The translations under genes were made by a program, and so were the position numbers. This document shows, piece by piece, positions 1 through 14,900 of a stretch of 64,000 nt of DNA. This stretch comes from Yuukianura sp. NJ FZ-2021 (lineage: Eukaryota). The notes under the pieces were generated by a model. The model was not told the DNA's origin, ran no database searches, and was given only the letters and a program-made list of their open reading frames with translations. Position 1 is the stretch's first letter; every line of letters begins with the position of its first letter. The DNA lies in NCBI GenBank assembly GCA_046563655.1, contig CM102283.1, forward strand, positions 4,402,001 through 4,466,000, given 5' to 3'.

Positions 1-90
1 TTTTAGTTGGTTAAAAGTTGCATAATTTTTAGGAAAACGATGGAACTTTAAAAAAAGTGGCGAAATGTGTAAATAGCGTTGGATTCTTAC

Positions 91-679
91 GGTCTTCTTC
101 GTAATCCAGCTTGAGGATGTAGTACTTGATGCATCTTTCTTGGATGAAGCTTCCGTTAGTCTGAAGGTGATTGCGTATATTGAAGACACCGACAACAAAT
201 TCAACATGGTCGTCGTGTACAATGAATTCATCGTTCCGAATGTGTCCAACGCAATCCAGCTTCCACGCCGCTTCGAATTCTTCCGGTGGACAGTCTGAAA
301 ACAAAATTTAAAAAAAGTTGTAATTAACAACGTTGCTAAAAGAGTAAGTTTTAAATTCAATAAATAAATTTTAAAATTGAATTCAACATTTTTAAATTGA
401 GCTTTAACTTGAATTTTAAATGGAAAATCAAAAGTTAACTACAACACTATCCTGAAATCAGTTTCAGAATTTTGTCTTAAACTTTTACTCCGATTAACAA
501 AAATGAAGATAAGGCAATAAAGTAGACTGTGACTTACAAGGTTCATTTTGTTGCGGAAAGTGATCGATAAATATTTTGAACCCTTCCTGCAAGTAGACGC
601 AGAAACTAACTTCTACTTTCCTTTCCGGTTCCAGTGGCATTCCTGGTTGGTGAAATGGAATAAGCTTGCCGATATACAT
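91..679 (-). CDS. Uncharacterised multi-exon gene, copy A (exons 679-538 and 294-91; continues beyond window start)
   Basis: ATG at 679, GTAAGT donor at 537, TTTCAG acceptor at 295 and GTAAG donor at 90. The spliced frame is open (MYIGKLIPFHQPGMPLEPERKVEVSFCVYLQ...WKLDCVGHIRNDEFIVHDDHVEFVVGVF). A close paralog lies at 1827-2352. Confidence 0.6.
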
Positions 680-1465
680 GATTTAAGTTGTTACTTTTTC
701 AAAATTTGAAAACTCAAAGAAGGTTTTAAAATATGTTGTGGTTTTTGAAATTGTGAGGAAGTAATGGCCAAGTCCTTGTCTTTTGGAGGTGAGACTGAAA
801 CTGAATTTTGGAAGTGACACGGAAGGTGATGAGGGCTACTTAAAAAAAATGTGAACATCTCTTCCACTTTTAGAATCTGGGGAAGGAAGGGGGGCCCTTC
901 AAGGGTCACTTGCTTTGTTTTAACTTCCGAGGAAAGGATGTTGGTTGTGTGGTTTCAAAATTAGCACGTAAAAACTACCCGGTTTTTTGGAAAGACAAAA
1001 GAGAGGGAAGGAAACCGATAATTTGCGGAAGAATTTGTAAAATTAATAGTAACATGTATTAAATTTTCCAAAGCTTAAAATTTATATATATTCCTACGAA
1101 GTTAAATATTCGAGTCATGCATGTTCTAAATGTTGTTGAAATGATTGCTTTAACTAAAAGCTACTGATGAAATCATTCTTTTGATGAAAATGAAAATTGA
1201 AAAATGAAAATGAACACGACAAATCTATGGTTTTACGGTTTCAACGTCACTCCAAAAATATACTTTCAATTTTTCGCTTTATGTTGTGCTGAATATTTAT
1301 TGTAACGACTAATTTAAAATTTATATTAAAATTCTTAAAATGAATACAATATATAAAATTAAGTCTTTTATATAATTAAAATCAACTCTTAAAAATACAG
1401 ATAAAATATGAAATAATGCTAATTATAAAAATAGTAATGAAGTATTTCTGTTTAATAATTCAACA

Positions 1466-2352
1466 ACTTGTTTCTTCCAATTTGTCTTGCATCTCATAAT
1501 CCTCGGGAAGGAGTGCAGTGGACAGGTTCCTATTAAAAACATTTTTAAGAATTAGAAAACAATGTTCTAAATTGCTGTATAAAGGCAAATGGGACTTAAT
1601 ATTTCTGCAAACTTACGATTCTGACCAGAAGCCCCACTTTCTCAAAGTGTTCCAGCGTATAGCCCAAGCAAAGTTCTAAAAACAAAAAGAAAACATGAAT
1701 TAGCAAAACGTTGGACAGACTTCCATATTGAAGAAGCGAAATTTCAGGTATTCATAAGTTAAAAATGTTTTGGGTGAAAAAGATTTTTAAAATATGAGAA
1801 ATGTGTAAATGGCATTGGATTCTTACGGTCTTCTGCGTAATCAATGCACGAGGCTTCCATTAGGCAGTGGGTGATGGCGAACATTGTGAACGGCAACTAC
1901 AAATTCAACATGGTCGTCATGTACAAAGAATTCGCCCTTCTGGATGTGTCCAACGCAATCCAGCGTCCACTCTCCGAGTTCAACTGGTGGATAGTCTGAA
2001 AACCAAATGCAAAAAAGTTTGTTAACAAATGTCACTACAATTTAAATTTAACAACAAAATTGAAATTCAAAATTGCGCTTAACACTGCAAACTTAAAGTT
2101 GAATTTAAAATCAAAATTTAACAAAACTGAAATCAATTTCAAAATTCGGTTTCACTTAAACTCCGATTTAGAAAAATAAAAATAAGGTAAAAAAGTTGAA
2201 TGTGGCTTACCAGCTTCATTTTGCTGCGGAAAGTAGTCGATAACTATTTTGATGGTTTGCTGGATGTAGACGCAGAAACTAACTTCTACTTTCCTTTCCG
2301 GTTCCAGTGGCATTCCTGGTTGTTGAAATGGAATAAGCTTGCCAAGAAACAT
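1466..2352 (-). pseudogene. Paralog copy B of the same uncharacterised gene, frameshifted
   Basis: Same exon structure (2352-2211, 1994-1827, further GT/AG-bounded exons near 1675-1617 and 1530-1466). Relative to copy A, a ~32-nt deletion in exon 2 gives a premature TGA at 1841. Confidence 0.55.
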
Positions 2353-2921
2353 GATTTTAGTTTGTAAAAATGTGAAAACTCAACAAAGTTTTTAAAATGT
2401 TTGCGGTTTTTGAAATGCAGTTAAGTTTGAAATTCGAAGGAAGTATAATGGCCAAGTATGTCCTTGTCTTTTGGAGGTGAGATTTAAACTGAATTTTGGA
2501 ATTGACACGGAAGGTGTTGAGGGTTAATTACCAAAGTGTGAAAATCGCTTCCACTTTTAGAATCAGGGGAAGGAAGGGGGCCCTTCAAGGGGCCCTTTCA
2601 TTGTTTTAACTTCCGAGGAAGGGATTTTGGGTGTGTGGTTTCAAAATTAGAAAACTACCTCGTTTTTTGAAAAAAAAAACAATAGAGGGGAAGGAAACCG
2701 AATGTACAAAGAATGTAAAAAATTAATAATAGAAATTTTCGAGGCTTAAAATATATTTTTATTTTTCCGAAGTTAATACTTGAGTCATGCATGCTCTAAA
2801 TGTTGTTGAAATGACTGTTCTGACTTAAAGGTGTTTGTTGAAATATTTGTTTGAACTTAAAGCTATTGATGAAATGACTGTTTTGATTAAAATGCAGCGA
2901 GAAATCCATCGTTTTAAGGTT

Positions 2922-5900
2922 TCAGTGTCCCGTTGCAGCGAAGCACGCTTTCTTGCAATCTTGCAGCGCCGCCTGAAAAAAATTGCAATTTCAGAATTTT
3001 GAATTGAATTGAAGAAGTCAGAATTGGACAATGTCAGTGGAACTTACTGCAGCGGCAGCGGGAGTTCCAAGAAGAGCCGTGTTGTCACGTGACGTTGAGC
3101 CCCAGCTGAACAATCCGCTACTCTTCGCAGGTTGTTGCTTAAACACAACTCCATTCGCTGGCGTTTTCTCAATCTTTATAATTTCAGACCAAGCATTGCT
3201 CCATTTTCTCTGAAAATAAAGTCAAAACACTTCAATAACACTTCAGCCAAAAACAAAAAGCCAAAGAGGCTAGTCCTTACAAAAACTGCATCAAGTTTCG
3301 TTGTCGTTCCTGCGCAGTAAACACGACCCTGCGTCACCAGTAGTACTTCTTCCGTTCCGTCATTCTGCGTCGTCTGGTAGTGGGTGATGTACTGGCCACA
3401 ATCCTGGAAGTCATACAGCGCCTTCTGCTCGCACAAAAACATAAAGAAAGTGAGTCATGAGGGGTCAAAGGTCACTAGTGGAGTATAACTGACCATGAGC
3501 ACAGTGTCTCCCGTTAATCCAAAGAGAGAGTACGGCCGGAGGGGGCGATTGGGGAACATGATTCTACGCGGGCGCACAGGCTCAACAGTTTTCTTGTCGC
3601 CAGCAATACTGCTCACACCGCCCAACAATCCACCCAATCCCGTCAGCAGTTGATGGACGCCGAACAGCCCCAATCCCTTTGTCAACTTCCCCAGTTGCTT
3701 AGACACACTGCCTAGCGAATCAGTTAGTCCAAATACGAGACCAGTCGTAGCCGCTTCCGCTCCACTCGTGATTCCTACAAACACACATATACATACTTTA
3801 CAATACTTTGTATTTTTTAGACGAATGACTCAAATAGCCTACCTCCAATCAGATTTCCAGACATCGCACCCTGTAAAAATGATTTGAAAATTCTTGAAAT
3901 GCTAATCACGACTTTTCTTTCGTCAGAAGTTATAGTTAAGAACGTCGCACCTGTAGCGGTTCAGTGAGAAGCGATGTGAGACCACCGGTGATTCCAGAAA
4001 GAAGTTTTGTGGGGTTTCCGAGCAAGTCGAGTCCCAAGACGACTTGTAGCATGTTAGCCATGATGGCACTCACGTAGTGGCTAATGATCGCATCCTTCAA
4101 CTGATCCTTGGTCCATCGCTTGTTTGTAATCTCAAGTCCACTGATCCTGCACACCAGAAATCCCAAAATATTATTCCAAATACTGCGACAAAGACTTAAA
4201 CTGTACAATTGTTCAACTTTTTAAAACGGAAACACTGCCATACCAAATAGGAACTTCTGAGACGCTGACAGTGGATGCACCGATACACATAAGCATGTTG
4301 TAGAAAATCCCTCCGTCTGGATCCTCGCTAATGGAAGCAGTTACTTGCATCTGTCAAAAAAACGTAACTTTCACATTACGCATACGTAATATTACATATT
4401 GCATCACATATAACGTAAATTTCACATATATAAACGAAATGTCAAAGTATTTTTCCAAGTATATTTCACCTTCATCTTGTACACTGAAACTTGTTCGTAG
4501 AAAGCGATTTTTGATTCTGATGAAGCCACTTCACCCACACCTTCGTAATATTCCTTGTCGCTCAACGTGGCTCGTTTCCGATCGTATGCATAAAGCGATT
4601 TCTTTAAACAAAAATACACCTTAAGCTCAGCAAAGTTAAATTCAATCCCGCCAACTGCCACTTCGCCTGTAACGCTTACAGTTCTTGGAGCCATATTGAC
4701 TGTTTGGTCAGACGAAAACACGGCGATAATATGCACGATGATCGTTGTATCCACGGCTAAACAGAATTCCTGAAGTACAAGGGCTCCGTTGATAGTCTCT
4801 GGCCCTGTTCCTATAGTCCTATCCTTCATATCCAAAATGAACAATGGCGGTGGAATTTCTATTTTCAAAAAAAATCATAGTTTCATGGTTTTGTTTTTTG
4901 TTTTAATTTTTTCATAATCTGATTCAACAACTTTTACCGGATTCAAGCGTGACTGACTGGTGCAGAGGCGCGGCGACAAACAGTTGAGGATATGCAGCCC
5001 CTTCAAGTTGATTGTCCACTTGCACTTTGGCTACACACAGGTTCACTTCTTTGGAAAATTCATAAACTTTGACCTTGGCAGCAATACCCGCTTTGTACGC
5101 ATGGCGTCGAAGTTTCTGGTTCCTGGGGTACGACATTTGGAAGTTAGTGTAGTCAATCTGCAAAAATAAGTGGCGCCAATTGCATTAGAGCGAGAGTGCT
5201 TGATTTTATTTCTGACTGAAGTACTAGTACCTTGATGCCTCCGTCCAAAACTGCTGGTCGTTTGGTGTTATTGCCTGAAATGAATTTGAGGTAGCCCTTC
5301 TCCAGAGCCACCATTTCCTGCGGAGCTAAAGTGCTGTATGTTCCTCCACGCTGGATTCCTTCCCACATGGGGGGTGTCGACTCCACTCTGAGGTACAAAA
5401 CGTCGTTGCAACTATGGTCATCCACAATGGAGAGTCCAATACCCTCCAAATTGATGTTAGCTTCAAGTGTCAGAGGATTAGACGTTCCTGGTTCAGTTGC
5501 TTGCCCAATAGACAAATAATCTGCAATCCAATTTCAAAACAAGCATAAACAAAACCCTTCTGCTAAGGTTTAGCTAAACTTTTTTACACATTTTCTAAAA
5601 AAAATGTTTTTGAAGCAGTGCAATACTTTTCTTTTATATTTGCACATGCAAATCAAGTTACCGTTGATTGATGCGATGAGATTAGCACTCTCGGTGATGA
5701 CGAAAATGGTACGAATACCGCTGACAAAAGCCCCAAACTTGTACGTTTTCGTTGCGTCTTCATCTACGTCGTACGAGGGTCCTTCGAATTCTCCTTGACT
5801 GGCAGTATTCTAAAACGAAGTTTAAATTGTCTTCAACTATTCATTCACAAATTAAAAATTCATTTCACAAAGCAGTCTACCATTTGAAACGATTTAGGAA

Positions 5901-8900
5901 ATCCTGATGTGCCCTTGAGTTGAGGAATTGCCCACTGGATGGTTCCAGCTTCCAAGATATTGTCCAATGTATACACCACACTCTTCCGAGCAGGAACAGA
6001 TCTACGAATATTTTCAAAAATTAAACACCCTGAAATCTCTTCGTTAGTTTTGGAAGTTGGCGCTCACATGATGTTGTCAATTCCAGCCTGGTTGAATTCC
6101 AAGTCGAGGTGACGCGTGTCGTTGACGATGAGCACTGGCACTTCCGTCATGTCAAATTCACTGATCGCCAAAGTTCCTTTCGTGCCCACCACGCTTACAT
6201 TTGAACACACACCTCCGAACTGAAATTGTAAAACAAAATCATAATACAGAAGACATTGTAAAATACAAACTAAAAACCTCATTCTTTTCTCCACTCCCTC
6301 TCATGGGTCCTCACACAAAACTTAAAGGAGGCCTCATTGGAGGGAGTGGAGAAAAGGCTGATGTTTTTAGTTTGTATTTTACAATGTCTTCTGTAAGCAG
6401 CTTTCCTACTAGAGCTTAACGGCACTAACATCGTTTGAATCACACCAAAAATGTGGAATTTAACTTGGAATCATTACTTTGTTGGGCAGTTTGAGAAGCG
6501 AGATGTGGACGCCATCGTAGTGAAACGGCGAGGTGTAATCGTCAGTTCCTTTGACTTTGAGCATAAGATCAGTTGGTTTGTCAATTTTGGCAATTGGCCA
6601 AAACGGAATCGTCGTATGCGCAGGAATTTCAAATTCGGAGTTAGGTTTGCCAACATGCGACAAAAGAATGTCAAAGGCACAGGCGTTGGTGATGCTGTGT
6701 TTCGGTGTGAAGGAAACAGTCTTCGTCAAATTTGATGCGGAGAGTACCACGGAGACAATGATCTGAAACCACAAAGTCAATTTTGTTTTCACAATAAATT
6801 ATTATTCATAATAAATAAAATTATCAAATAGTAAAATCAATCAAAATTAATCGTTTGGTGTTAGCTTTTAAGGAACTACTGACCTCATAGTCCTTTTCTT
6901 TTCCTTTGCATACGAGTTCTGCTGTCATGGGTGCGTCCAGACTGACTGCCTCAGACCACTCGCTGTCTTCTATCATAAACTTGGCTTTTTCCTTTCCATC
7001 TACGTCATACGCCAGCATCTTCGGCTCTTCGTTCGGCCCATGAACAATTCTGGAGTTGGTGTTCCAGGAACTGGCACCCTGCATTAAAAAAATGCAATTC
7101 TATTTCTGTGCGCAGAACAGATTCAGGCTCATGTCTCAAGTGGCCTTCGATTTAAACAAAATCGCTCCAACACTTCATTTTTGGAGCGAATGGAAATCCA
7201 AAGCATTGGAAACGTTTAGCGCTTTGTAAAAAAAAGCGTTTGAGAAGGTTTGACTTTGGAAAGGAACAACGCGAAACGTTTTGCACAGTGCAAAAAAGAA
7301 AAAAAAAAGAAATTCAAAACGTTAAGCATGAAGCTATAAATGAGAGTAAGACGGGTCATCTCGAAAAGAGATTTACCGTTGGATGGAGCCACTTGATAAC
7401 CTTTGACATGAGTGCGCAGGGGCGATGGCCGCAGCGGGCAACGCGAGTCACCTGGTAATTGAGGGTGAGTCCAGTTCGGTTGACCATCCAATACGGGCAG
7501 AACAAACTCACTTCCTCCAGCTTGTCTTCAGACACTGTGGGGCGGAACCGCATGTAAAGTCTCCTGTTACTCTCCGACGTAAACAAAATGGAGTTGATTT
7601 GCCCAACAGTGATGAAGTCACCGCCCAAAAACATCAAATTATCCGAGCCACTCTTCAACTTCAGTCGCATGTGGGCTGTCCACGTCGTATCTTCGTAGTC
7701 CTTGATCTGGAATCAATTTCAAAAACATTTAAAAAAAAAAATTCAACGCATCAATACTAGTCATTTGGCGCTTACCTTGAAGAAGACTTGGCTACTGGTT
7801 GACTCCGTGTTGGCTGTCAGAAGGTCGATGGGTGTTCCTGGTTCTACGGTGTTAAAGTGTGTTCCGTCAGTGGAAACTTCGACGGGTAAAGGCACAAAGT
7901 TGTTTATGACAAGTGGAGGTTTGAGCACAATGTCGTAGCGACTTTTAATAGCTCCATCCACAAACATGGGTTCACAGTTACCAATCAACTGCAATTACAA
8001 TTACGTGGATAACAAAAAAAAAGTTACAAATCCAAAGTTCAATAACGTTCAAGCTTCATTTTCGGTTTAAGATCGTACCCGAATCTTTCCATCTGGAGCT
8101 CCCGGGGTTGCGGATTTGACAGTTACAAAGTCTCTGGCCTTAGAGGAAGTGCTGGCCAGAATTCCAAGCACATTTGAGGCTGTACTCGTCTGATACCTAA
8201 GGCCACAGATCACAATCGGGTTAAATTGTTTAATAAACACATTAAATGTTGATAGTTTTGAAGTGAAGTACCCTTGGGTAGTGAAGCTCAATGCCACGTT
8301 AGCAACGCCAGAGTGAAGAAACGAAAGAGGAAGATTAATGGATTGGAAGGGCTCAAGTGTGCCAACTTCAACTGCGTCCTTTCGAGAGGTCGCTTTTACT
8401 TGAACCGGAGTCGACAGTTCGCTCTTCAACTGGAATCCCAAAATTCAATGATTACAAACCACAAAAAAACTAAAATGGTTTCGACTGTACCTGAACGACA
8501 CTGCGTACGACGATGAGCGTTGAAAAGTTTGCTTTTCCGCTGATTTCTACCAACATTCCGAATGGTTTTCCCTGACTGTCCATCATCTGGTAGTAGACCG
8601 TCTGGTTGTAACGAGCTGAAATTGTGGCGCGAAAGTCCTTGAACTCTGGAATCTGTCCCATTACAATTATCATGAATCATTTATGAAATTATCCCAAGTA
8701 TATATATAAAATCTGTAATATATAATATTTTTTCGACTTGAATCGTACATAGATTGAGAGCAGTCGGTCCTTCTGTTCCCCTGCTTGTATCCGAATGTCC
8801 TGCAACTTGAGTCCCAGTTCCAGAGTTTGACCTTGTGACACGAGGACGTAGCCATCCTTTTCCGTTGTTCCAGCAGTGTATGTCAAGCCGGTTTTGTCTT

Positions 8901-11900
8901 CATCCAAACTCAAATAGATGTCAGTGTAAGCGTCATTCTGGAACACGTAGGGAGGAGTGTTGAGCTCTTCCTCAGTCGCACCGAACTTCAGTGAGTTTGA
9001 AAAGTTGTCGCCAATTGCCTTGAGCAGCTCAACTGAACTCTTGGATACCGTGATTTCCAGGATTTCCTAAAAACGGAATATAAACGAAATATGAACGTAA
9101 GAAAAGTATGAACTCCACGACTTGTATTGTACCAGGTCATTTGCGACAATAATAAGCCGACAATCCTAAATCCGACAAAATTAAAACCGGTTAGAATAAT
9201 CAGTTTAAAGAGGTCTTAAGTAATGTTTGGTTGGATTATGCTCGATTAGGTTTCGTTAAGCTACATTACAACAAATGTTTTTGATTAGGCTATGGAAGTT
9301 TACAATTTTGTCTTTTTAGGATTGTGGGCGTTAGAATTGGCCGCTTTTGAAATTTTCGGCTTATGATTGTCGGCTATGACCTAGAAGCCACTTGAATCAG
9401 TGTTGTATTACATCAGTTGAGGCGTTGATGACTATTGCAGACTTCCCACCGACTTCCGGAAGTTTTTTGACCTTTCCAAAAATCAAATAAAATTTTTTTA
9501 AACATAATCAAAAATTTAACTCAAGCGGGAATTAAAATTTAAAAATATTTACTTTGACATGGATATCCCAGGGTTTGAACGTATTATCTTCTCCAGCGTT
9601 TGGTTCCTGCAAGTACTCCCAAGTTCCCTTTCGAATGTTGTTGTACCAAATAGATCCACCGACTGTGGCATCCACAGTCAACTACATTTCAAATAAATAA
9701 AATCATATTCAGAACACAATAAGTATGTTCAAACATGTGGAACTGAATAGTTGAGACTTACGTCCGTCGACCAATTTTGTACACTGACGAGAACGTGGCT
9801 ATCAAGCATGATCATTGCAGTTGGTTTCGTGGATACACCAGCCTCGACCAGTATTACTGCGCGACCCAAGTTGAACTTGAATGCCTCCGGAGGATGTTTG
9901 GATGCTGTAAGGACGACATCCCCAGCCCCCATCAACGCTCCTTCTTTTGTTTCCTTGTGTCGATTGATCGTGCGCACAAGGGCCTTGTAATCCAGGAACC
10001 AATATTCTTGCTGAAAGTTGTCACGAGCATCCCACACATCAGAGTAGTCCTTCCTTCCCATATCGAATTCTGCCTTGCTATGTTTTGAAGCTTCCACCAC
10101 ATCTTTTAACGTGTTCACAAATTTGTTTATCAGCAACAAAATACCTAAAAAATAAATTCACTTTTTGAAATTTCACAAAAAAGAATTGAAAGAGTAGATA
10201 AGTAGAATCCACTTGTGAATCGTGCGGTTCAAATTGCTGTGTTACCGGCGTTGACATGCAGATACAAGTCAGAGAAACTGACTTCTAGGTTTATTCCGTC
10301 GTGTTGGCTGAGGGATGCTTTTGCAGTCATCGTCACTGGTACCAAGACCTATGAATAACACAAATTACCGTAAAAACTTTGTACAAAACTTTTACAACTT
10401 TCGTGATTTTTAGACATGTTGAAAAATTGTGCGCCACATACGTCGCAAACATTTTCCTTTGGTTTGTCCGGAGAGTACTGCGCAGTGATGATTCCAAAGT
10501 CCCAAGTACCTCCTCCCCAACTGCCCCGTTGCTCATCTGCATCCATTGTGAAGGAACTGCCTCCCTAAACAACCAAAACGAGTTCAAAAATAGGCACGAA
10601 AACAGTTCCTGCCAAAACACAAGAAAACATAGGAGCTGCTGGTCGACGTACGTATGCAATTAGGGCGTTTGTTTCGGCTGATTTGGTGCTCTCTAGCAGA
10701 AGGAATTCCGTTTGACTCAAAGTGACGCTACCCCTGACCATTGGCAAGACCATCGGCTCTTCCTCTTCCTCAAACAAATGACGATCTTCTGGCCTGATGC
10801 CCATCAACTTCATTGACGGTTTCTTCTCCTTCTTTTCATCCAGCTTCACAGCAGACTTGTCTATAAAATCCATAAACCTTCAAATACACAAGGCCTAGTT
10901 ATGAAAAACTAAAACAACACAATTACCTTCCAGTTTGAGGTCAGCCGTGATATCTTTCGGAACAACAATGGCTACGGACAAACTAAAGTCCAGAATTGCC
11001 TTCATGAACTCCAAGTACAGAATCACTGTCAATCCCTGGTTGGTCAAGTGTACTGCCAAAACAAATCAAAGTAAGTCGTTGACCTTTAAGCAATAATACT
11101 TGACCTTTGACCGTTAAATTACCAGTGTAAATAGGAGTGTCATCTGAGGCTTTGGCCGTGGCCAAAGACAGTTGCAAAACTGGAGCGTCTGGATGTGTTG
11201 TGTCTTCCTTCTTCAGAAGAAAATCTTTGATTTCGGCTGTTGTTGGACGAGCATCACGTAATAGGATCTCTTGCAGAATCTACAACAAATATTTTGGATT
11301 ATAACTGGAAGGAAACCGACGAGGTCAGAGGTTAACTCTTGTTGTGACGTAAGGCTACCAAATTGGCTTCAATGTCGTCGTTACTCCACTGCTTGAAAGC
11401 AGCATCCAACGTCTGAATGTAGAATTCTGCCAAAGCACCGGCTGGATCCCGCGTAACCAGGGTACTTGCCCCGTCCTTCGAAAAATATCATGTTTATATT
11501 TCAATTTCAAGTCTGAGTTTGTGTTTTAGAATTAAAAAGTTGAGAAGAATACTAGAGGTGTTGAGTGTTGGTATGGTAGGCAAACAATCCGATTTGAACA
11601 ATGGTGAACTTGGCTCCCAATTTGTGAGCCTCAACTGCTTCGTCATGTTCAGCTTCACCCATCAAGTGTCCAGCATGATCCGCATGGTCAATTGGACGGT
11701 CAGTGTCGTCGTCATCCTCTTCCGTGTCAACGCATGACTTGAGTTGTTTCAATGACATTTGTAACTTCTTTATGTAATTGAAAATGCATGAGCCCACGAC
11801 CTCAACGTCCAGAGCGCTCACTTTCAGCTACATAACATATGAAACTCAAAATGAAAAATCAAAGTTTGTGAATAATTAATTCCGTTATTAGAATCTAGAA

Positions 11901-14900
11901 CAGTTTTACCGCCGTTGCTTCCAGCTCTCCTTTGACTTCGGTCGATGGCAACTGTTTGTACCATGCAGACAAGCTACGTTGCACGTTCAGCTTGATGAGA
12001 ACTGGTTCCAAAATGTGGACTCCTGCTTTGATATCTTGCGTCTCGGTGTCCATCAACACTCTTCAAAAAATATAAACAAAAATCTTAGGTTAGGTTAACC
12101 TAACCTAACTAACCTTTTGAAGCACTGAAATCAGTGGTTCAAAAACATACCTTTCGTAATAGTTTACCTTGTGATGGTGATTCCGTCCAATGTAATAGTC
12201 ATGTTGTCCAGTACAGCACTGTGTGATACGTTGGTCTTGACCTCTTGCAATTTGTTGGTCACAACGAGGTTACCCAAATCGAGACAAACGGCGTCTGGAC
12301 TCATGGTGTCTCTCACAATTATGAGTTTTGGTGAAGACAGCTTGACGTCGAGCGACAGCTTCTTGTCCGTCTCATATGGGTCCTTCACCTGCTTTTCCAC
12401 AACTTTGATCGGCTCGTGGAGGTCAATTGTTGGTGCGACGTCGACTGCTGGTACTATGGTATTAGGATCACCAGCCAATTCCTTCACCTTTGCATCCTCC
12501 TCTTGTACAGTCTTCGCAGCTTCGATGAGATGTGTAATAAAGTCCTACAAAAGGAGGTTGTGCATGAAGCGATACCTCATTTTGCCCTACAGAAAATCCT
12601 ATGTAGGTTTACGTTAAAAATTTTTAACCTACACGGGGTATTCTGTAGCGCAAAATGAGGTATCGCTTCGTGCATACCCTTCATTACCCTGCTATCAGCT
12701 ATTACGTCAATGTTGTACAACCGAATCCGAAATCTTAGCTTACCGCAATGTGTCCCACATACTCTCCCATTAAAATCATCGGAGGACAGTTGAGCTGTAT
12801 TTGGGCTTCAATGTCCGGCTCTGTCGGCAGCAAAGCCTCCTTGTACATTGTAACGGTTCCAATGAAGAATGGGTGTTTTGTTCCCAAGCTAATCAACTAT
12901 GGAAGGAAGGTCAAAATGGTTTAGTCTTATTAAGAATGAAAATGATAATGAACCACAATGATTGAAAAAATAAGAAAAAGTTTAGTCCCACCCCCACGCC
13001 TAGTAAACTTACTCGCTTATAGTAACTAGGTTGAACAAGGTTGGCGACTTCGACATCTTCGACTTGGAGAAATGTTCTATTCTTGAGTGGCCTATCTTCG
13101 TAGCCAGCAATTAGCTTTCCGATGTGGAACGAAGCAATTTCCGATTTCTCAGACGTCAGGTTAACATTGAAATCCGTAAACACAGCGAGAGCACTCACCA
13201 AAATGTCCCCAGCGTTCGGCAAATTCTTAATCCCAAGTGCTTTCATTACAGCCGTAGCTGAAACCATCAACAGAAAACATGACAGTAAGCAGGAATTATG
13301 CACAAAGTTAGAACATTGAATTACTTCTGCCCTCTTTGTCTTTAGTTTTGAGAGCTTTTTGTAGCGTTGGTTCATGAACTGGCTCCAGGTCAATGACAAT
13401 TGACGTTTTAGCCTTTGAGCGGGAAGTTGTAAATTCTTTGAGAATGCGATCGGCCAAAGCAAGAAGATCCTCGAGACATTCTTGATGAAGGGTAAGGTCC
13501 ACACAGTGAGTCTCGATCGAAGCCTTCTGCCGTACATCTCCAACTCGAGACTTTGGACACGCCTCAGAAATCTGAACGTAGTTGAACGACATACGTTTGT
13601 CCCCAACGGATCGACTATTTGCTAAAGTTTTAAAAATCTAGAGTTTCGCTTACCGAGAACAGGTGGCCCTTGAGGAGTGGTTTGTACATGTCATCGGGAG
13701 TTTTGAGCAAATATACGGGTGTTCCTGGTGCTTGTCCAGGAACAGACGCATCCAAGTACGCAGCATTCACACTTCCTGCATAATAAAACAATAATCAGCT
13801 GTTGAGATTGAATACAACGCGGATTGTGAATGTGAGCAAAGGTATTTACCAGTACTGAAATCCAATGACAATCCAAAGGTTCGGAATCGCATGAACAACT
13901 CTGCTCTTAAAATTGTAATGTTGAGCAATGGAGTAGTCGACGATTCCGCCAAGTTTAGTCGCAACAGCAACACTTTTACGCCTGTACCACGCACAGTTCA
14001 AGTAAGTTACAAATAATGCTTATAACTATAGCGTTAATTATAATACTATATATAGGGTTAATTTAATTACTAAGTTAAATAACTTCGTTAATTGTATTAC
14101 ACTTTCGGTACACTTTTGAGTGCTGTACTTACAATCTACCGCAAAATGGATCATGAGATTTGTGAATTGCGGTGCAGTTTCTGGGTCGTACGCCTTCTCC
14201 TCAGCTGTTTCTTCCTTTTGGAACGACTGAATAGCCTCCTTCACAGACTCCAGCTGAGTATCGCTATAGAAAACATCGTCATCCGCTCCCTAGTAATTTG
14301 AGGTTAGTTAATTACTTAGTTAACAGACTCAACTTCAGTTGTACTAATGAACTTCGTTTTAGAATTTACGCAGGTGGTTACGTTACCTCAATGAATGCTG
14401 AAGGTGTCGGAGGCTTCATTTGGGGCATAGGGATGGTGGCCAAGAGTCGAACGAGTTTGAGCGTTCGGTAATCCGTGATACTGAAGTCGAGGAGTGGCAC
14501 GGAGAATTCTACTTTGATCTTTGGGAAGCGCGGATCGTCCTTGATGATGCACTGGTTGACGTTGAACACCATTTCGTCAGTGGAGAATATGAGGACAGGT
14601 CTGTCCACCGGGTACGTTCCTTCCGGTACTGGTTCGAAGGTATGAGTGATTGCTCTGATTAGGTAAGGTATATTGAATTCAATATTTAACAAAATCAAAT
14701 AAATTGTATAATGAAGGTGGTTTAATTTACTTTGTTATGTCTTCTCCTTTCAGGGCCACGAAACATTCCATATTTGAGTATTTGGCCACATACTGGTTGT
14801 ACGTCAATTTGAGCACTTCCAAGCTCACGTCCCCTTCTTCAATACGTTTCGACTTCACTTCCGCTCGTCACTGAGCGGGTTCTTGGAGTAGTGGATATTT

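Larger units (their letters stand above)
57..2820. repeat. Diverged tandem duplication (~57-1150 vs ~1795-2820) covering the gene and its upstream region
   Basis: Long shared blocks, e.g. gtagacgcagaaactaacttctactttcctttccggttccagtggcattcctggtt, ggggaaggaagggggcccttcaaggg and gagtcatgcatg..ctaaatgttgttgaaatga. Confidence 0.9.
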
